Assembly (NCBI GenBank): GCA_012522575.1
Contig: JAAYKE010000067.1
Location: forward strand, 383-64,382
DNA: 64,000 bases
Reading direction: 5' to 3'
DNA from: Armatimonadota bacterium
Lineage (GTDB): Bacteria > Armatimonadota > UBA5829
In this document: in pieces, positions 37,437 through 47,016 of the stretch
How the letters are laid out: the number at the start of each line of letters is the position of its first letter
How positions within the stretch are numbered: position 1 is the stretch's first letter
Notes under the pieces: model-generated
The model's database searches: none
What the model was told of the DNA's origin: nothing
Seen by the model: only the letters and a program-made list of their open reading frames with translations
Program-made: the position numbers and the translations under genes

Positions 37437-37802
37437 CTATCCGTAAAATGAGATATGAATCGTATCGTCTTGCCCTCCCTGCACGGGAGTGAAATCATCG
37501 ACGTCCAGGATCGCATAATACACCGTAGTCCCCTCCGGCACATCGTCGTCAATTGAATGCAAATCCGACAGAATATAGGCTGCATTGGATATGCTGATCG
37601 GGTCTTTGTAACCAATAATCAGCAACACATTAGAGATCGTTCTTGCGCTGAAGAACAAGCGAAAACGGGTTCCTCCGGTCACCTGGAAGCTGCCGTCGCT
37701 TTCTCCATCGAGGGAGTGCACCAGACCGCCGGTTCGCGTCCTGGCATCTCCGCCGGATGCGATATGCACCGCCACCGGCATTATATTTTTCAGATTGTTC
37801 AT
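37437..37802 (-). CDS. Hypothetical phage structural protein
   Basis: 121-aa ORF located between the capsid and connector genes. Confidence 0.3.
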   Translation of the reverse strand: MNNLKNIMPVAVHIASGGDARTRTGGLVHSLDGESDGSFQVTGGTRFRLFFSARTISNVLLIIGYKDPISISNAAYILSDLHSIDDDVPEGTTVYYAILDVDDFTPVQGGQDDTIHISFYG

Positions 37803-37909
37803 CGTATGGCTCTCCGCTTTGGGTCTTTGTTATATGGAGTCAGAAGTCTGGGTGACGATTCGCAAACCGCCACCCGTGGTGTTATTTTTCAGCTTCATTG
37901 CTGTGGCTG

Positions 37910-38817
37910 TCAGCTCACCTGGCTGCCGTAGGCCATCTGCCAGAGGCCATAGCCGGTGTTATACCGGGCGCGCACGCCATAGACAAACTCATCCCGCATA
38001 AACCCGCTCTCCGAATCCGCTTCGAGGGCCGCAAACTCAACCGGGGTTCGGCTCTGGAGGATGATCGGCTTGACGACACCTTTAGTCGAAAGCACAAACC
38101 AGTCGTTGACATCGGTCAGATATGGCGAGACAAGCAAATCGAGTTTGCCTTTGAGCACGTTTGAAGCGGCTCTTGATGTCGTGGAACCCTCCTCCGGCCA
38201 ATATGAACTCTCCAGAAGTTCCATAGCAACCCACTGCATATCCGGCGGCACTACCAGCAAATCCGGAGTTACTCCCATCAATTTGCCGCGGTCATCTCGA
38301 TATTTCATCATCGCGGTAATCGCGCTCTGCAACGCGGAAGCGGATAATGCTGCGGTTCCCTTGTTCGATTGAGACCCGGAATCCCCCTCGGAGTGATCTG
38401 TAGCAAAGAACGCCTAGCCGTCGTAGCACTTGCCGGTGAATCCGTTTTTGAGCAGGCCGAACGCTAGTTCGTCCATGTGCCTTTTCGCCTCGCGGGCCAG
38501 CGACACCACCCGCAGCTTGATCTGGCCATATTTATCGTCCTCTATGGCCGCCCTCTCGATGGCTATCGAGGACTCCCAGGTCTTGTTGCGTATCGAATAA
38601 TCGTGTTCGAGCAAGCCCAGCGGCATGCGCTCGTCGACGAACTCCCGAATTGCAGGAACCGCACCCAGCCAGGAATAAGTTTCCTGATCTGACCCGGAGC
38701 TTATCACTGTTGCGATGCGGGAATGTTCGCCGGCGGTGGCATCAAGGGCCTCGAAGAATACGGTTTTAAGCCCATCCTCAAGCAGTTTGGGCATATCTGA
38801 TCTTGTAAGCGGCATAT
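37910..38817 (-). pseudogene. Mu gpT-like major head (capsid) protein gene containing an in-frame TAG at 38414-38416. The N- and C-terminal halves are called as separate ORFs in the track
   Basis: Track ORFs 38414..38890- and 37910..38332- are in the same frame (84-nt gap, no other stop): ...GFTGKCYDG*AFFATDHSEGDSGS...LQSAITAMMKY.... Mu-gpT hallmarks are YSWLGAVPAIREF, CYDG-x-FFATDH, VVKPIILQS, FMRDEFVYGVRAR and GYGLWQMA. The likely real start is MPLTRSDMPKLL after an AGGAG RBS. Confidence 0.6.
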
Positions 38818-38967
38818 TTTTCTCCTGTTTGGATGTGATTGGTTGATGGTTGGCTGCGCATGCGGACGGACGATGATCTGCCCGTCGCATTCCAAAGCAG
38901 CCTCAAAGCAGAAAGCCCGGCGCTGAGAACACCGGGCCGATAGATGATATTGCACTGGCAGGCGAAC

Positions 38968-39576
38968 CTACTCCAGCGATAACTCTCCGATTTGGCTTAT
39001 GCCTTCGTTGTCGACATATTTGACCGCTATTTCGAAGGCCTGCTGTGGTGAAATGGGTTCAAATGAATGCACCATGATGTTCATTTGCACCGTGCGCGTG
39101 TGGTCGCCGATTTTCTGCAGCATGCGAATGCCTCTCAGCAGTTTTGCGCCTCGTCTGCGGTAGAATTCTATGCGCCGACGTGCGATATCTGCATCCGGCG
39201 AGTCCTCCGGCACTTCCACCTCGAAGACCACGAATTTCGCACCGCTTTCCTTTGCTCGTCTTACCACCTCGTCGTAGCACACTGCCCCAACTCCGCTGCC
39301 CCGCAGCGCCGGCAAAGTGGCGAGATACCAAAGCGCAAAGGCATTTATTTCGGGCTTGGTGCGATAAAACATAAGCCCGGCAAACTCCCCGCGCTCGTCC
39401 AATGCGGCGATCAGCCGACTTTCCACCCCGTCTTCCTTGATATCCGGGTTGAGGAACCGAAAAAAACCGGAAACCAGTATCTTCTCTTCGGGAGGAAACG
39501 CGGTCTCATACAAATCGAGCCAGGGCATAAAAAGAGCGTCGTTGATATCGGTTATTTCATAAAAAGTAATCTTCAT
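38968..39576 (-). CDS. GNAT-family N-acetyltransferase embedded in the capsid module
   Basis: 202 aa with an acetyl-CoA binding region (LATLPALRGSGVGAVCYDEVVRRAKESGAKFVVFEV). Confidence 0.65.
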   Translation of the reverse strand: MKITFYEITDINDALFMPWLDLYETAFPPEEKILVSGFFRFLNPDIKEDGVESRLIAALDERGEFAGLMFYRTKPEINAFALWYLATLPALRGSGVGAVCYDEVVRRAKESGAKFVVFEVEVPEDSPDADIARRRIEFYRRRGAKLLRGIRMLQKIGDHTRTVQMNIMVHSFEPISPQQAFEIAVKYVDNEGISQIGELSLE

Positions 39577-39611
39577 ACCGATTTTTTCGGCATCAATTGC
39601 TCTATTACCTG

Positions 39612-40028
39612 CTAGGCGGCATACCTGTCGATTCTGATCCTCACCGCAGTGGCGGATATGGACTCGACTGCGAACCCGGCGGTAATATTGGCCGTGGTTG
39701 CGGCATCGGTGACGGTCTGATTGTCCACGATATGGAACCCCACGCCCACATCGGTCTGAGCGCCGTTCGCGCCGCCGTCTACAAATACAAACGTGCCGGT
39801 GGTCTGGACGCGAATGCCGATATCCCCTGCGCTGCCGCCGGAGTTGTCTACGGTCTCATAGGCGACTCCGGCGAATGTTTCGGATGCGGTGTCGCTCGCG
39901 TTGGTCGCATAGCCGCTGGCGTTGATATTCACCAGCGCGCCTTTGGGAATTTTCACATTTGCCATAGGATAGCAGATGATCGCCCCATCCTTTCTTTTGG
40001 ACTCCCTGGCTGTGGTGGTTGCTGTCAT
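39612..40028 (-). CDS. Hypothetical Gly/Thr-rich phage structural protein (possible decoration/scaffold-associated)
   Basis: 138-aa ORF with beta-rich composition, located between the protease and capsid genes. Confidence 0.3.
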   Translation of the reverse strand: MTATTTARESKRKDGAIICYPMANVKIPKGALVNINASGYATNASDTASETFAGVAYETVDNSGGSAGDIGIRVQTTGTFVFVDGGANGAQTDVGVGFHIVDNQTVTDAATTANITAGFAVESISATAVRIRIDRYAA

Positions 40029-40044
40029 AAGATTCTCCTTTCCG

Positions 40045-40758
40045 TTATCTGCTCCTGTATTTTTCTACCAGCCCGCTGGTCACGCCGAGCTTTGCATACA
40101 ACTCCGGCTCTTCGACTTCCCCGGCTGCAGGCGCGACCTCCGAAAACTCAATCACCTTTGGCTGAGATTCCAAAAACCATCTGAAAACCTGAGAGATCGG
40201 AGTCGGTCGGTCGGCAAATGCGATTGTGTCGGAATCCTGCGAGCATAAAATAGCCCTTGCAAAGACCTCCGCTGCGGGCGCAATTTTGCCGCTTCTTTTT
40301 AGCTGATCTATGGCAATTTGCGCATCTTTTTCGGCTACTTCGCGGCGCAGAGCTTCATCGGAACTGCCAAATACCGAGCTGAGTTCTCCGTCGAGCCGAA
40401 CGCAATCCGCCTCCCCGAACACGGCAGCATCGGCTATCCTCGGCTCACGAACAAGGGATACCTCAGATATCCGGCTCTTGTCCTTGACAATGGCCACCGA
40501 AAGCCGTCTTGCGTTGGCAGATTTGACCAGTTCCCAGGCTGCTTTGGTAAAACACAGCCTCCCGAAAAGCTCCTTGCCTTTACGATAAACGTTTTTCAGC
40601 ACCCCAAGCGCGCCATCAAAAGGCGTCGAGGAGTGCTCAATGCGCAGCGGCGCATCGGATGTGTTGGCAATGATTCGATCGAGGTCCTCCTCGGTGATCT
40701 CAATGCCTCGATCCGGATAGCTGCCCGCCTCAAACAATTTAGCCTCACGTTCGATCAC
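40045..40758 (-). CDS. Mu gpI-like prohead protease / scaffold protein
   Basis: 237 aa. The N-terminus LFEAGSYPDRGIEITEEDLDRII resembles Mu-like prophage protein I, and its position after the portal gene fits. Confidence 0.4.
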   Translation of the reverse strand: MIEREAKLFEAGSYPDRGIEITEEDLDRIIANTSDAPLRIEHSSTPFDGALGVLKNVYRKGKELFGRLCFTKAAWELVKSANARRLSVAIVKDKSRISEVSLVREPRIADAAVFGEADCVRLDGELSSVFGSSDEALRREVAEKDAQIAIDQLKRSGKIAPAAEVFARAILCSQDSDTIAFADRPTPISQVFRWFLESQPKVIEFSEVAPAAGEVEEPELYAKLGVTSGLVEKYRSR

Positions 40759-40830
40759 AATTACCTCCTGAATTTGTTTGCATGTGAGAAATATATGGCA
40801 GTCCCATACGCTTTTATGTTCCGTGTAAAA

Positions 40831-42015
40831 CTAGCTCGGCAGACCCAGATATCCCCTGATCCACTCCTCGTCAGGCTTGATAATCTGCCCGCTCACCAGT
40901 TTTCCGATGACCTCCGCAAGCCCGGCGACATCCGCATCCTCCAGCGGCCCAAGGCTGAAGGTTGGATAGGATTTTGTCGAGAAATTGAAGTCAACCAGAC
41001 GCTTTATGACCTGCTCACGCATGACGGCTTCCTCAAGGTCGCGTTTGAGCTTATGCAGGCACATCTTGAGCACGTCGAGATGCACCTTTGCGAGCGCGTA
41101 GCTGCCCACTCGAATGCCCTCGTCGGTCATCAGCGTCTGGCAGAGAATTGCGCGGGATATCTGCTTGTCGTGCCATTCGATGGCCTGCAAATACCCCGAT
41201 TCCCCGCCACGTCCGGCCTCCAGCAGTTCCACCTGCACGTCATCCGGGATGACGATGGCGGTCTGCTGCTGAATCTTGTCCAGCACTCGCAGCAGTTCTT
41301 CCTGCGCCTGCTTCGGAGTTCCGCGCTTGTAGGAGCCTTTAGCGGTCGGGGAGCCGTGCTTCTCCAGATACAGATTCATAAACCGGGTGAGCACGTCTTT
41401 GCTCCAATAGTGCTTATATGCGGCGCGCAGATCCGATGTGCCGTAGGGGGATTCATACCTGGGCATGTGCGAATATATCACGAACTTATCCGATGGAAGC
41501 GTCCGCTCGACCGAGGCTGTCCCCGTCCGCTTCAACGCCCGCACGTTCATAAACTCATCGACCTCAAAGGAAAAAGTCGACGGGTCCTTTGCCTTTATGG
41601 AAGCGATTCCCACGCGACCTTTATGGGGGCCGTCCTCGAAAATGCTATAGTTGATTTCCAGTATGGAAAAGCCCTTTGCCAGCGCATCGAGCACATTGTA
41701 TAGCACGGTCAGTATCGAGCCGCGCATATCCGCCAGCGCAAAACGCACGAAGTCCGCGACCTCCACATCCTGCGGATCGCGCGTCGCCGGGTGCACCTCC
41801 CATCCGTGCGATAAAACCGCAAGTTTTTTGATAGTCAAACACGCCTGCACCTGAGCGTCGCGCTGCATTTGTTCATATATTGCATAACCTCTTCTGCCGA
41901 TCAGGTCATCGGGGTTGTATGAGTCGATATCGTTAATCAAAGACCCGGCAGCGGCCGTCTCATTCAGCCCGGGAGAACGCCGCTTGCTGAACCGGGAAAG
42001 CAGTGGAATCTTCAT
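40831..42015 (-). CDS. Phage portal protein (DUF935 / Mu gp29-like)
   Basis: 394 aa with a DUF935-like pattern, located immediately downstream of terL. GAGGTG RBS. Confidence 0.55.
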   Translation of the reverse strand: MKIPLLSRFSKRRSPGLNETAAAGSLINDIDSYNPDDLIGRRGYAIYEQMQRDAQVQACLTIKKLAVLSHGWEVHPATRDPQDVEVADFVRFALADMRGSILTVLYNVLDALAKGFSILEINYSIFEDGPHKGRVGIASIKAKDPSTFSFEVDEFMNVRALKRTGTASVERTLPSDKFVIYSHMPRYESPYGTSDLRAAYKHYWSKDVLTRFMNLYLEKHGSPTAKGSYKRGTPKQAQEELLRVLDKIQQQTAIVIPDDVQVELLEAGRGGESGYLQAIEWHDKQISRAILCQTLMTDEGIRVGSYALAKVHLDVLKMCLHKLKRDLEEAVMREQVIKRLVDFNFSTKSYPTFSLGPLEDADVAGLAEVIGKLVSGQIIKPDEEWIRGYLGLPS

Positions 42016-42066
42016 AAAACACCTCGGGTTTGGACGTTGGAAATTGGTTGTTGGAAGTTGGGCGGT

Positions 42067-43386
42067 CTACCAGCTTTGCCTTGCCATTCTGCCGGCCTGA
42101 CTCAAATATGCGGAATTGTGCGCAAACCCTTCGGTCTGTTTGCAGGCCAGCGCGAGGGCGATCACCAGGTCGTCGTTGATACCGACCCTGCCGTTCATAC
42201 GCACATTGCCGGAGGCGGTCAGCTCGTATTCATAATATTGAAGCTCCCGCAGAAGCTGCTCGTCGGGTAGAATGGTGATCGAACGGTGCGCGAACTTGAG
42301 GGACAAATGCTCTATCAGATCTCGTTTGGATCGGTTTGAGAATGTATAGCCCTCCACCGCCACATCGATGCCGAAGTCCCATAACCTGGCGCGAAGCTGT
42401 TCGAGCAGGGGATCCCCTATCGAAGTAGAATCGGCGAGCGCGCAACTCACTCGATGGGTTTTGAGGAACTGCGCAACCCTTGTGATCTGGCTGTCCCAGC
42501 CCATTTTATTGAACCTGTCGATGCCGATTATGTGGCAGCCGCGTTCATCCGATACCATCGCGACCACGGCGGTATAGTCCGAATATCTCGCCCAGTCTAT
42601 TCCCGCCACCACCACGCCGTCCGCGTCCGCTGCGTGCGAATCGGAGACCGCCGCCTCGATGTCCTCCCATGCAAAAACGCAGTTGGAATCGTCGATAAAC
42701 TGCGCCTCATATTCCACCGCAAACTGCCTCGGACTGATCTCCTGCCGCTGAGTTTCGATATATTGACGACTTATATGCGGGTTTGCCCACGATGGAAAGT
42801 TGAATGACCGGCACGCCGCGCCGTCATCAGACCCTGCGCCCCTCATAAATGCGCGATAGAAATGATTCCTGCCAAATGGAGTGCTGATCATAACCAGCCG
42901 ACCGTTGCGATCGGCAAGCATAGGGGAAATGACCTCGCTTATAACGGAGTCCCGAACAAACGCGGCCTCATCGACTATCACCCTGTCTGCGGAATGTCCG
43001 CGCAGATTGCGCCCATCCTCATCGGCGGTGCGCGCCATTATCAGGCTGCTGCCGAGAGCAAGCCTCGGATAGGGAGTGCGCGTGATTTTGGTGATGCCGC
43101 GAGTGAGCCGCGAGCCTGTCATCAGTCGTTCGATATGATCGAAGATGAGCCTGGATTGATCGTAAGTCGGGGAGACTATGATCTGCTTTGAGCCGGGATG
43201 CAAAATGGCGAGGGTGGCGGCGTCCACCGCGGCGGCCTCGGTTTTACCCCATCGACGCCCGCAGGATGCCACCTTAACTCCCGCATCGGTCAGCAGCCAT
43301 TTCTTCTGTGTTTCGTGCGGTTTCCATCCCCAGATATGATCGGCCAGCGTCAGGCGAACCGATGAATCAGTCCCCGCGGGCATTGT
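42067..43386 (-). CDS. terL: Phage terminase large subunit
   Basis: Walker A CGRRWGKTEAAA plus a C-terminal RNaseH-like nuclease region. The start was set to the internal Met (MPAGTD), and the gene overlaps terS. Confidence 0.75.
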   Translation of the reverse strand, partial: TMPAGTDSSVRLTLADHIWGWKPHETQKKWLLTDAGVKVASCGRRWGKTEAAAVDAATLAILHPGSKQIIVSPTYDQSRLIFDHIERLMTGSRLTRGITKITRTPYPRLALGSSLIMARTADEDGRNLRGHSADRVIVDEAAFVRDSVISEVISPMLADRNGRLVMISTPFGRNHFYRAFMRGAGSDDGAACRSFNFPSWANPHISRQYIETQRQEISPRQFAVEYEAQFIDDSNCVFAWEDIEAAVSDSHAADADGVVVAGIDWARYSDYTAVVAMVSDERGCHIIGIDRFNKMGWDSQITRVAQFLKTHRVSCALADSTSIGDPLLEQLRARLWDFGIDVAVEGYTFSNRSKRDLIEHLSLKFAHRSITILPDEQLLRELQYYEYELTASGNVRMNGRVGINDDLVIALALACKQTEGFAHNSAYLSQAGRMARQSW

Positions 43387-43744
43387 CGCCCTCCGTTTTG
43401 TCGTGAATGGCTTTGACCATATCGACCAGAGCCGCCCCGGGATCCTCACTTTCGGCATCGAAAACCCCGCTCACTTTAAGCACATCGACGAGAACCTTGG
43501 TGTCCGGTTTGTCCGGATTGGACGCCAACTGACACAGCCGAGCGGCCGAGTTCACCACTGCCTGCCGCGCTATCCTTTTGGCCCCGAGTTCCTGCTCACG
43601 CTCACGAACCCTCAAAGCGCGCGCAAAACGATCCGATTCCATCCAACCTCTTAAAGTAGAAAGACGCACCCCGATCATTTCAGCCACAACCGTATCGGGA
43701 TGACAAAGAAGCAACTCGATTGCATCACGATGTTTAGCCCTCAT
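43367..43744 (-). CDS. Putative terminase small subunit / HTH DNA-binding protein
   Basis: 125 aa with an HTH (VAEMIGVRLSTLRGWM), directly upstream of and overlapping terL. AGGAGG RBS. Confidence 0.45.
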   Translation of the reverse strand: MRAKHRDAIELLLCHPDTVVAEMIGVRLSTLRGWMESDRFARALRVREREQELGAKRIARQAVVNSAARLCQLASNPDKPDTKVLVDVLKVSGVFDAESEDPGAALVDMVKAIHDKTEGDNARGD

Positions 43745-43938
43745 TAACCCTCCTTTCGATGGAGACTATCGCTCCCATAATTACAAGGCGTCAAATGAGG
43801 CCCTTTGCGGCTAACAATAGGCGATGTTTTGGTGAATGTTGATTCATTATTTGCGCAGCGGAGCGGATCGCAAATCTCCATCATCGCCAGCCGCCGACTA
43901 TGGTATACTGAATCAACTTTCCCTCGAGAGGACACGCA

Positions 43939-44727
43939 ATGACACAGGCACGCATAATGTATGATATGACCGTAAAAGAAGTGCTCGATGGCCTGGAGCA
44001 GACTCGCACGGTGATTTTGCCGGTGGGCATAGTCGAGCAGCACGGCTACCACCTGCCTTTGAGCGTAGACATCCACAATGCGCAGCAGATCGCGATAAGA
44101 ACTTCGCAGGCCACGGGCTGTTTCGTGGCTCCGACTGTGCATTACAATTTCTCCGGCGGCACTCTGCCCGGCACAATTAACATCAGCCCGGCCGTCTTTT
44201 CGCTGCTGTTGTGCGAGATTATGCAGAGCCTTCAGATGCAGGGTTTTCGAACAATAATAATCCTGCTTGGACACGGCGGCACGGAAAGCATCGCTGCGGC
44301 GCGCGATGCGGCGGATTATTTCCAGCGCCTGCGGCCGGAAGCGGACGGCCTTACCGTTCATCTTGTGCCGTTCTGGGAACTGTCGGAAACGTATATGAAA
44401 TCCTTTGAGGAACACGACTACCACGCCGGCAAATATGAAACCTCGATGATGCTCTACTGGAAGCCGGAGTTAGTAAAGATGGATCAGGCTAAGCTGGATG
44501 ACCCCGATGAACTGGAAAAAGCGCGGGCGGATCAGGATGCGTATGCCAAGAAATCTGAGCGCACCCAAAGCAGGTATGAGGTTGCCAGAATAACCCAGAA
44601 TCCGGCGCTTAAAGTGGGAGTATTCGGCGACTATCACGGATCAAGCGCGCAATTCGGCAAGCAGATATGCGACGAATGCGTGGCGAGCCTGTCCGCGCTT
44701 GTTGAAGAATTGAAACCGGATCAATGA
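43939..44727 (+). CDS. Creatininase-family amidohydrolase
   Basis: LPVGIVEQHGYHLPLSVD and GHGG motifs of the creatinine amidohydrolase family. An extended -10 TGGTATACT lies upstream. Confidence 0.75.
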   Translation: MTQARIMYDMTVKEVLDGLEQTRTVILPVGIVEQHGYHLPLSVDIHNAQQIAIRTSQATGCFVAPTVHYNFSGGTLPGTINISPAVFSLLLCEIMQSLQMQGFRTIIILLGHGGTESIAAARDAADYFQRLRPEADGLTVHLVPFWELSETYMKSFEEHDYHAGKYETSMMLYWKPELVKMDQAKLDDPDELEKARADQDAYAKKSERTQSRYEVARITQNPALKVGVFGDYHGSSAQFGKQICDECVASLSALVEELKPDQ

Positions 44728-46208
44728 GGGTGTGCTTTTGACGAGAGAGTCCGCCGCACTGCGTCCTGCCAGCCTCTATACAACCTGTCGGCCTGATCAG
44801 GCGGCATTTGAGGTGAAAACACCCGATCGCCGCTTCGACGTCGGGCTATATCGTCAGGGTTCCAAAAGCCGATTGCAAGACCTGCCAGACAGGCCGCGCC
44901 AAGGGAGGTAGTCTCGATTATGCTCGGACGCAGCACGTCTATGCCGAGAATATCGGCCTGGAACCGGCATACGAACTCATTTGCCGAAGCCCCGCCGTCT
45001 ATCCTCAGCTCATTGACTTCAAGCCCGGAGTCTTTGGCCATAGCGTCCAGCACGTCTTTTGTCTGATAGCACATCGCTTCAAGGGCGGCTCGCACGATGT
45101 GCCGGGAGTCGGTTGATCGGGTCAGCCCGTAAATCGACCCTCGCGCCTCCTGATCCCAATATGGCGCGCCCAACCCGGTCAGGGCGGGCACAAAATAGAC
45201 CCCTCCGGTATCGGGAACGGAAAGGGCCATGTCCTCCGATTCTGCGGCGGATGACAATATTTTTAATCCATCCCGAAGCCATTGAATGGCTGCTCCGGCC
45301 ACAAATACCGAACCTTCCAGCGCATATACAGGTCGGCCATCCTCCCCGCACGCGATGGTGACAATCAAACCGTGATCTGAATGCGGTCGGGTATCGCCGA
45401 CGTTGAGAAGAAGAAAGCTGCCGGTCCCGTAGGTGCACTTCATCGCGCCCGCAGCGCAGCATGCCTGGCCAAACAGCGCGGCCTGCTGATCCCCGGCTAT
45501 CCCGCAGATGGGAACCCCGGACGGCAGGCTGCCGATCGAATCAGTGGAGCCGAACACCCCTGATGACCGCATAACATCGGGCAGCATTTTCGCGGGGATA
45601 TTGAAAATCTCCAGCAACTCGGAGGCCCATTCGCGCCTGTCGATATCGAACAGCATTGTGCGCGAGGCATTGGTAGGGTCGGTGGCGTGAACCCGCCCGC
45701 CGGTCAGTTTCCAAAGCAGCCAGCTATCGATCGTTACGAACGCAAGCTCTCCACGCTCGGCAGAATCCATAGCCGATGGCACATTTCTCAGAATCCATTC
45801 TATATTGGTGGCCGAAAAATATGCGTCGACGGGCAAACCGGTCAGGCTCCGAATGCGGTCGCGTTTATCTTGCGGGATTTCATCGCATCTGCGCGCGGTT
45901 CTGCGGCACTGCCAGACTATAGCATTATGGATCGGCCTGCCGGTATTTTTATCCCACACCACTGTGGTTTCACGCTGGTTTGTGATGCCGATTCCCGCAA
46001 TTGAGCAATCCGGCAGTTGTCGCAGCACGCTCTCAAGCGGCGCGATCACGCTTTGCCATATTTCCTCCGGGTCGTGCTCCACGTAGCCCGGCTGCGGAAA
46101 ATGCTGCGTGAATTCGCGGTATGCGCTTGCGGCTGCGTTGCCCTCAGCGTCGTAAGCGCACACTTTTGTGCCCGTAGTGCCCTGATCTATTGCGATAATA
46201 TAGCTCAC
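44721..46208 (-). CDS. glpK: Glycerol kinase
   Basis: 495 aa with IIAIDQGTTGTK and FGGY-family sugar kinase signatures. Confidence 0.92.
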   Translation of the reverse strand: MSYIIAIDQGTTGTKVCAYDAEGNAAASAYREFTQHFPQPGYVEHDPEEIWQSVIAPLESVLRQLPDCSIAGIGITNQRETTVVWDKNTGRPIHNAIVWQCRRTARRCDEIPQDKRDRIRSLTGLPVDAYFSATNIEWILRNVPSAMDSAERGELAFVTIDSWLLWKLTGGRVHATDPTNASRTMLFDIDRREWASELLEIFNIPAKMLPDVMRSSGVFGSTDSIGSLPSGVPICGIAGDQQAALFGQACCAAGAMKCTYGTGSFLLLNVGDTRPHSDHGLIVTIACGEDGRPVYALEGSVFVAGAAIQWLRDGLKILSSAAESEDMALSVPDTGGVYFVPALTGLGAPYWDQEARGSIYGLTRSTDSRHIVRAALEAMCYQTKDVLDAMAKDSGLEVNELRIDGGASANEFVCRFQADILGIDVLRPSIIETTSLGAACLAGLAIGFWNPDDIARRRSGDRVFSPQMPPDQADRLYRGWQDAVRRTLSSKAHPH

Positions 46209-46227
46209 TGCCGATCACCTGGATATT

Positions 46228-47001
46228 TTACGGAATCGACTCTATCGGGTCGTCGGTGACCTTGCGCAGGGTTCGAGCATCTATGCGCTCCACCCCGTCT
46301 TTGAGCCTGGCCTCGCAGAAATCCGAGCGATAGAGTTGCAATATGATCTCCATCGGCATTGTAACCTTATAGGGCTTGACTTTGCCGACCAGAGCCATCG
46401 ATTTGCGGGCTGCTTCTCTGATCAGGTTGCGGGCTTCGTCGATGTCGATGCAATCAGCGCGATTTCTTCCAACGCCTTTTTTCACGGTCGCGGTTTCGAT
46501 ATTGCCGAAAAACTGCCTCGCCTCCACGCACGCCGCCTCATCTCCGCTCACCATAATCACCGGCACATCGTAGCTGCCCGTGACCAGGCCCCATCGACCA
46601 ATCTCCCCTGTATTTCGACCATTTATGGAGTAGTTGTACCACTCCCTCGAATTTTGCGTATGATCCAGAAACCCGTTGATAGTGCCCGCCATCGCGTGCG
46701 CGCCTACGAAGAACGTGCCGCTGTAGCTGCCGTCTATTTTCCGCTGTCTTTTTTTATTTGTCCTGGGATCGTGCTCCGCTCTGCTATCAAGCAGTTCCTC
46801 GATGAAGTTGCTGCCGCCGCCGTGTCCGTCACGCACCGTCACATGCGTAGCTCCGCCCTCGAAAGCCCCTTCTACAGCCGCGTTCAAATCTCCCATCAGC
46901 AGTTCGCAGCACTCGCGGAAACGATCGCCGTCCCGCTGAATCATCTCAAAAGAATCGATTCCCGTTATTCCTTCGAGGTCGGTCATAATATAGATTTTCA
47001 T
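46228..47001 (-). CDS. M55 family metallopeptidase (D-aminopeptidase DppA-like), cytoplasmic paralog
   Basis: MKIYIMTDLEGITGI N-terminus is typical of DppA/M55. Confidence 0.7.
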   Translation of the reverse strand: MKIYIMTDLEGITGIDSFEMIQRDGDRFRECCELLMGDLNAAVEGAFEGGATHVTVRDGHGGGSNFIEELLDSRAEHDPRTNKKRQRKIDGSYSGTFFVGAHAMAGTINGFLDHTQNSREWYNYSINGRNTGEIGRWGLVTGSYDVPVIMVSGDEAACVEARQFFGNIETATVKKGVGRNRADCIDIDEARNLIREAARKSMALVGKVKPYKVTMPMEIILQLYRSDFCEARLKDGVERIDARTLRKVTDDPIESIP

Positions 47002-47016
47002 TGTATCACCTGCAAT

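Larger units (their letters stand above)
34856..43744 (-). mobile_element. Phage-derived island with head-morphogenesis and lysis genes only (TerS-TerL-portal-protease/scaffold-X-GNAT-MCP-X-connector-head closure-holin-like-amidase-NlpC/P60). No tail, integrase or replication genes, and no detectable att repeats
   Basis: Gene-by-gene calls are listed below. All are co-oriented and tightly packed. A candidate promoter plus an AGGAGG RBS lies upstream of terS at ~43745-43800. Host genes flank both sides (DUF2156, and the creatininase/glpK pair). Confidence 0.7.

Noticed and set aside
42016-42066. TerL-portal readthrough fusion (same frame, separated by TAG plus 17 codons)
   Set aside because: The portal has its own GAGGTG RBS and ATG, the spacer peptide is repeat-derived, and separate TerL and portal genes are the norm.
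43744-44424. 226-aa minus-strand ORF upstream of terS
   Set aside because: It overlaps the well-supported creatininase gene on the opposite strand. It is Cys/His/Arg-rich and low-complexity, and it is likely an antisense artefact.
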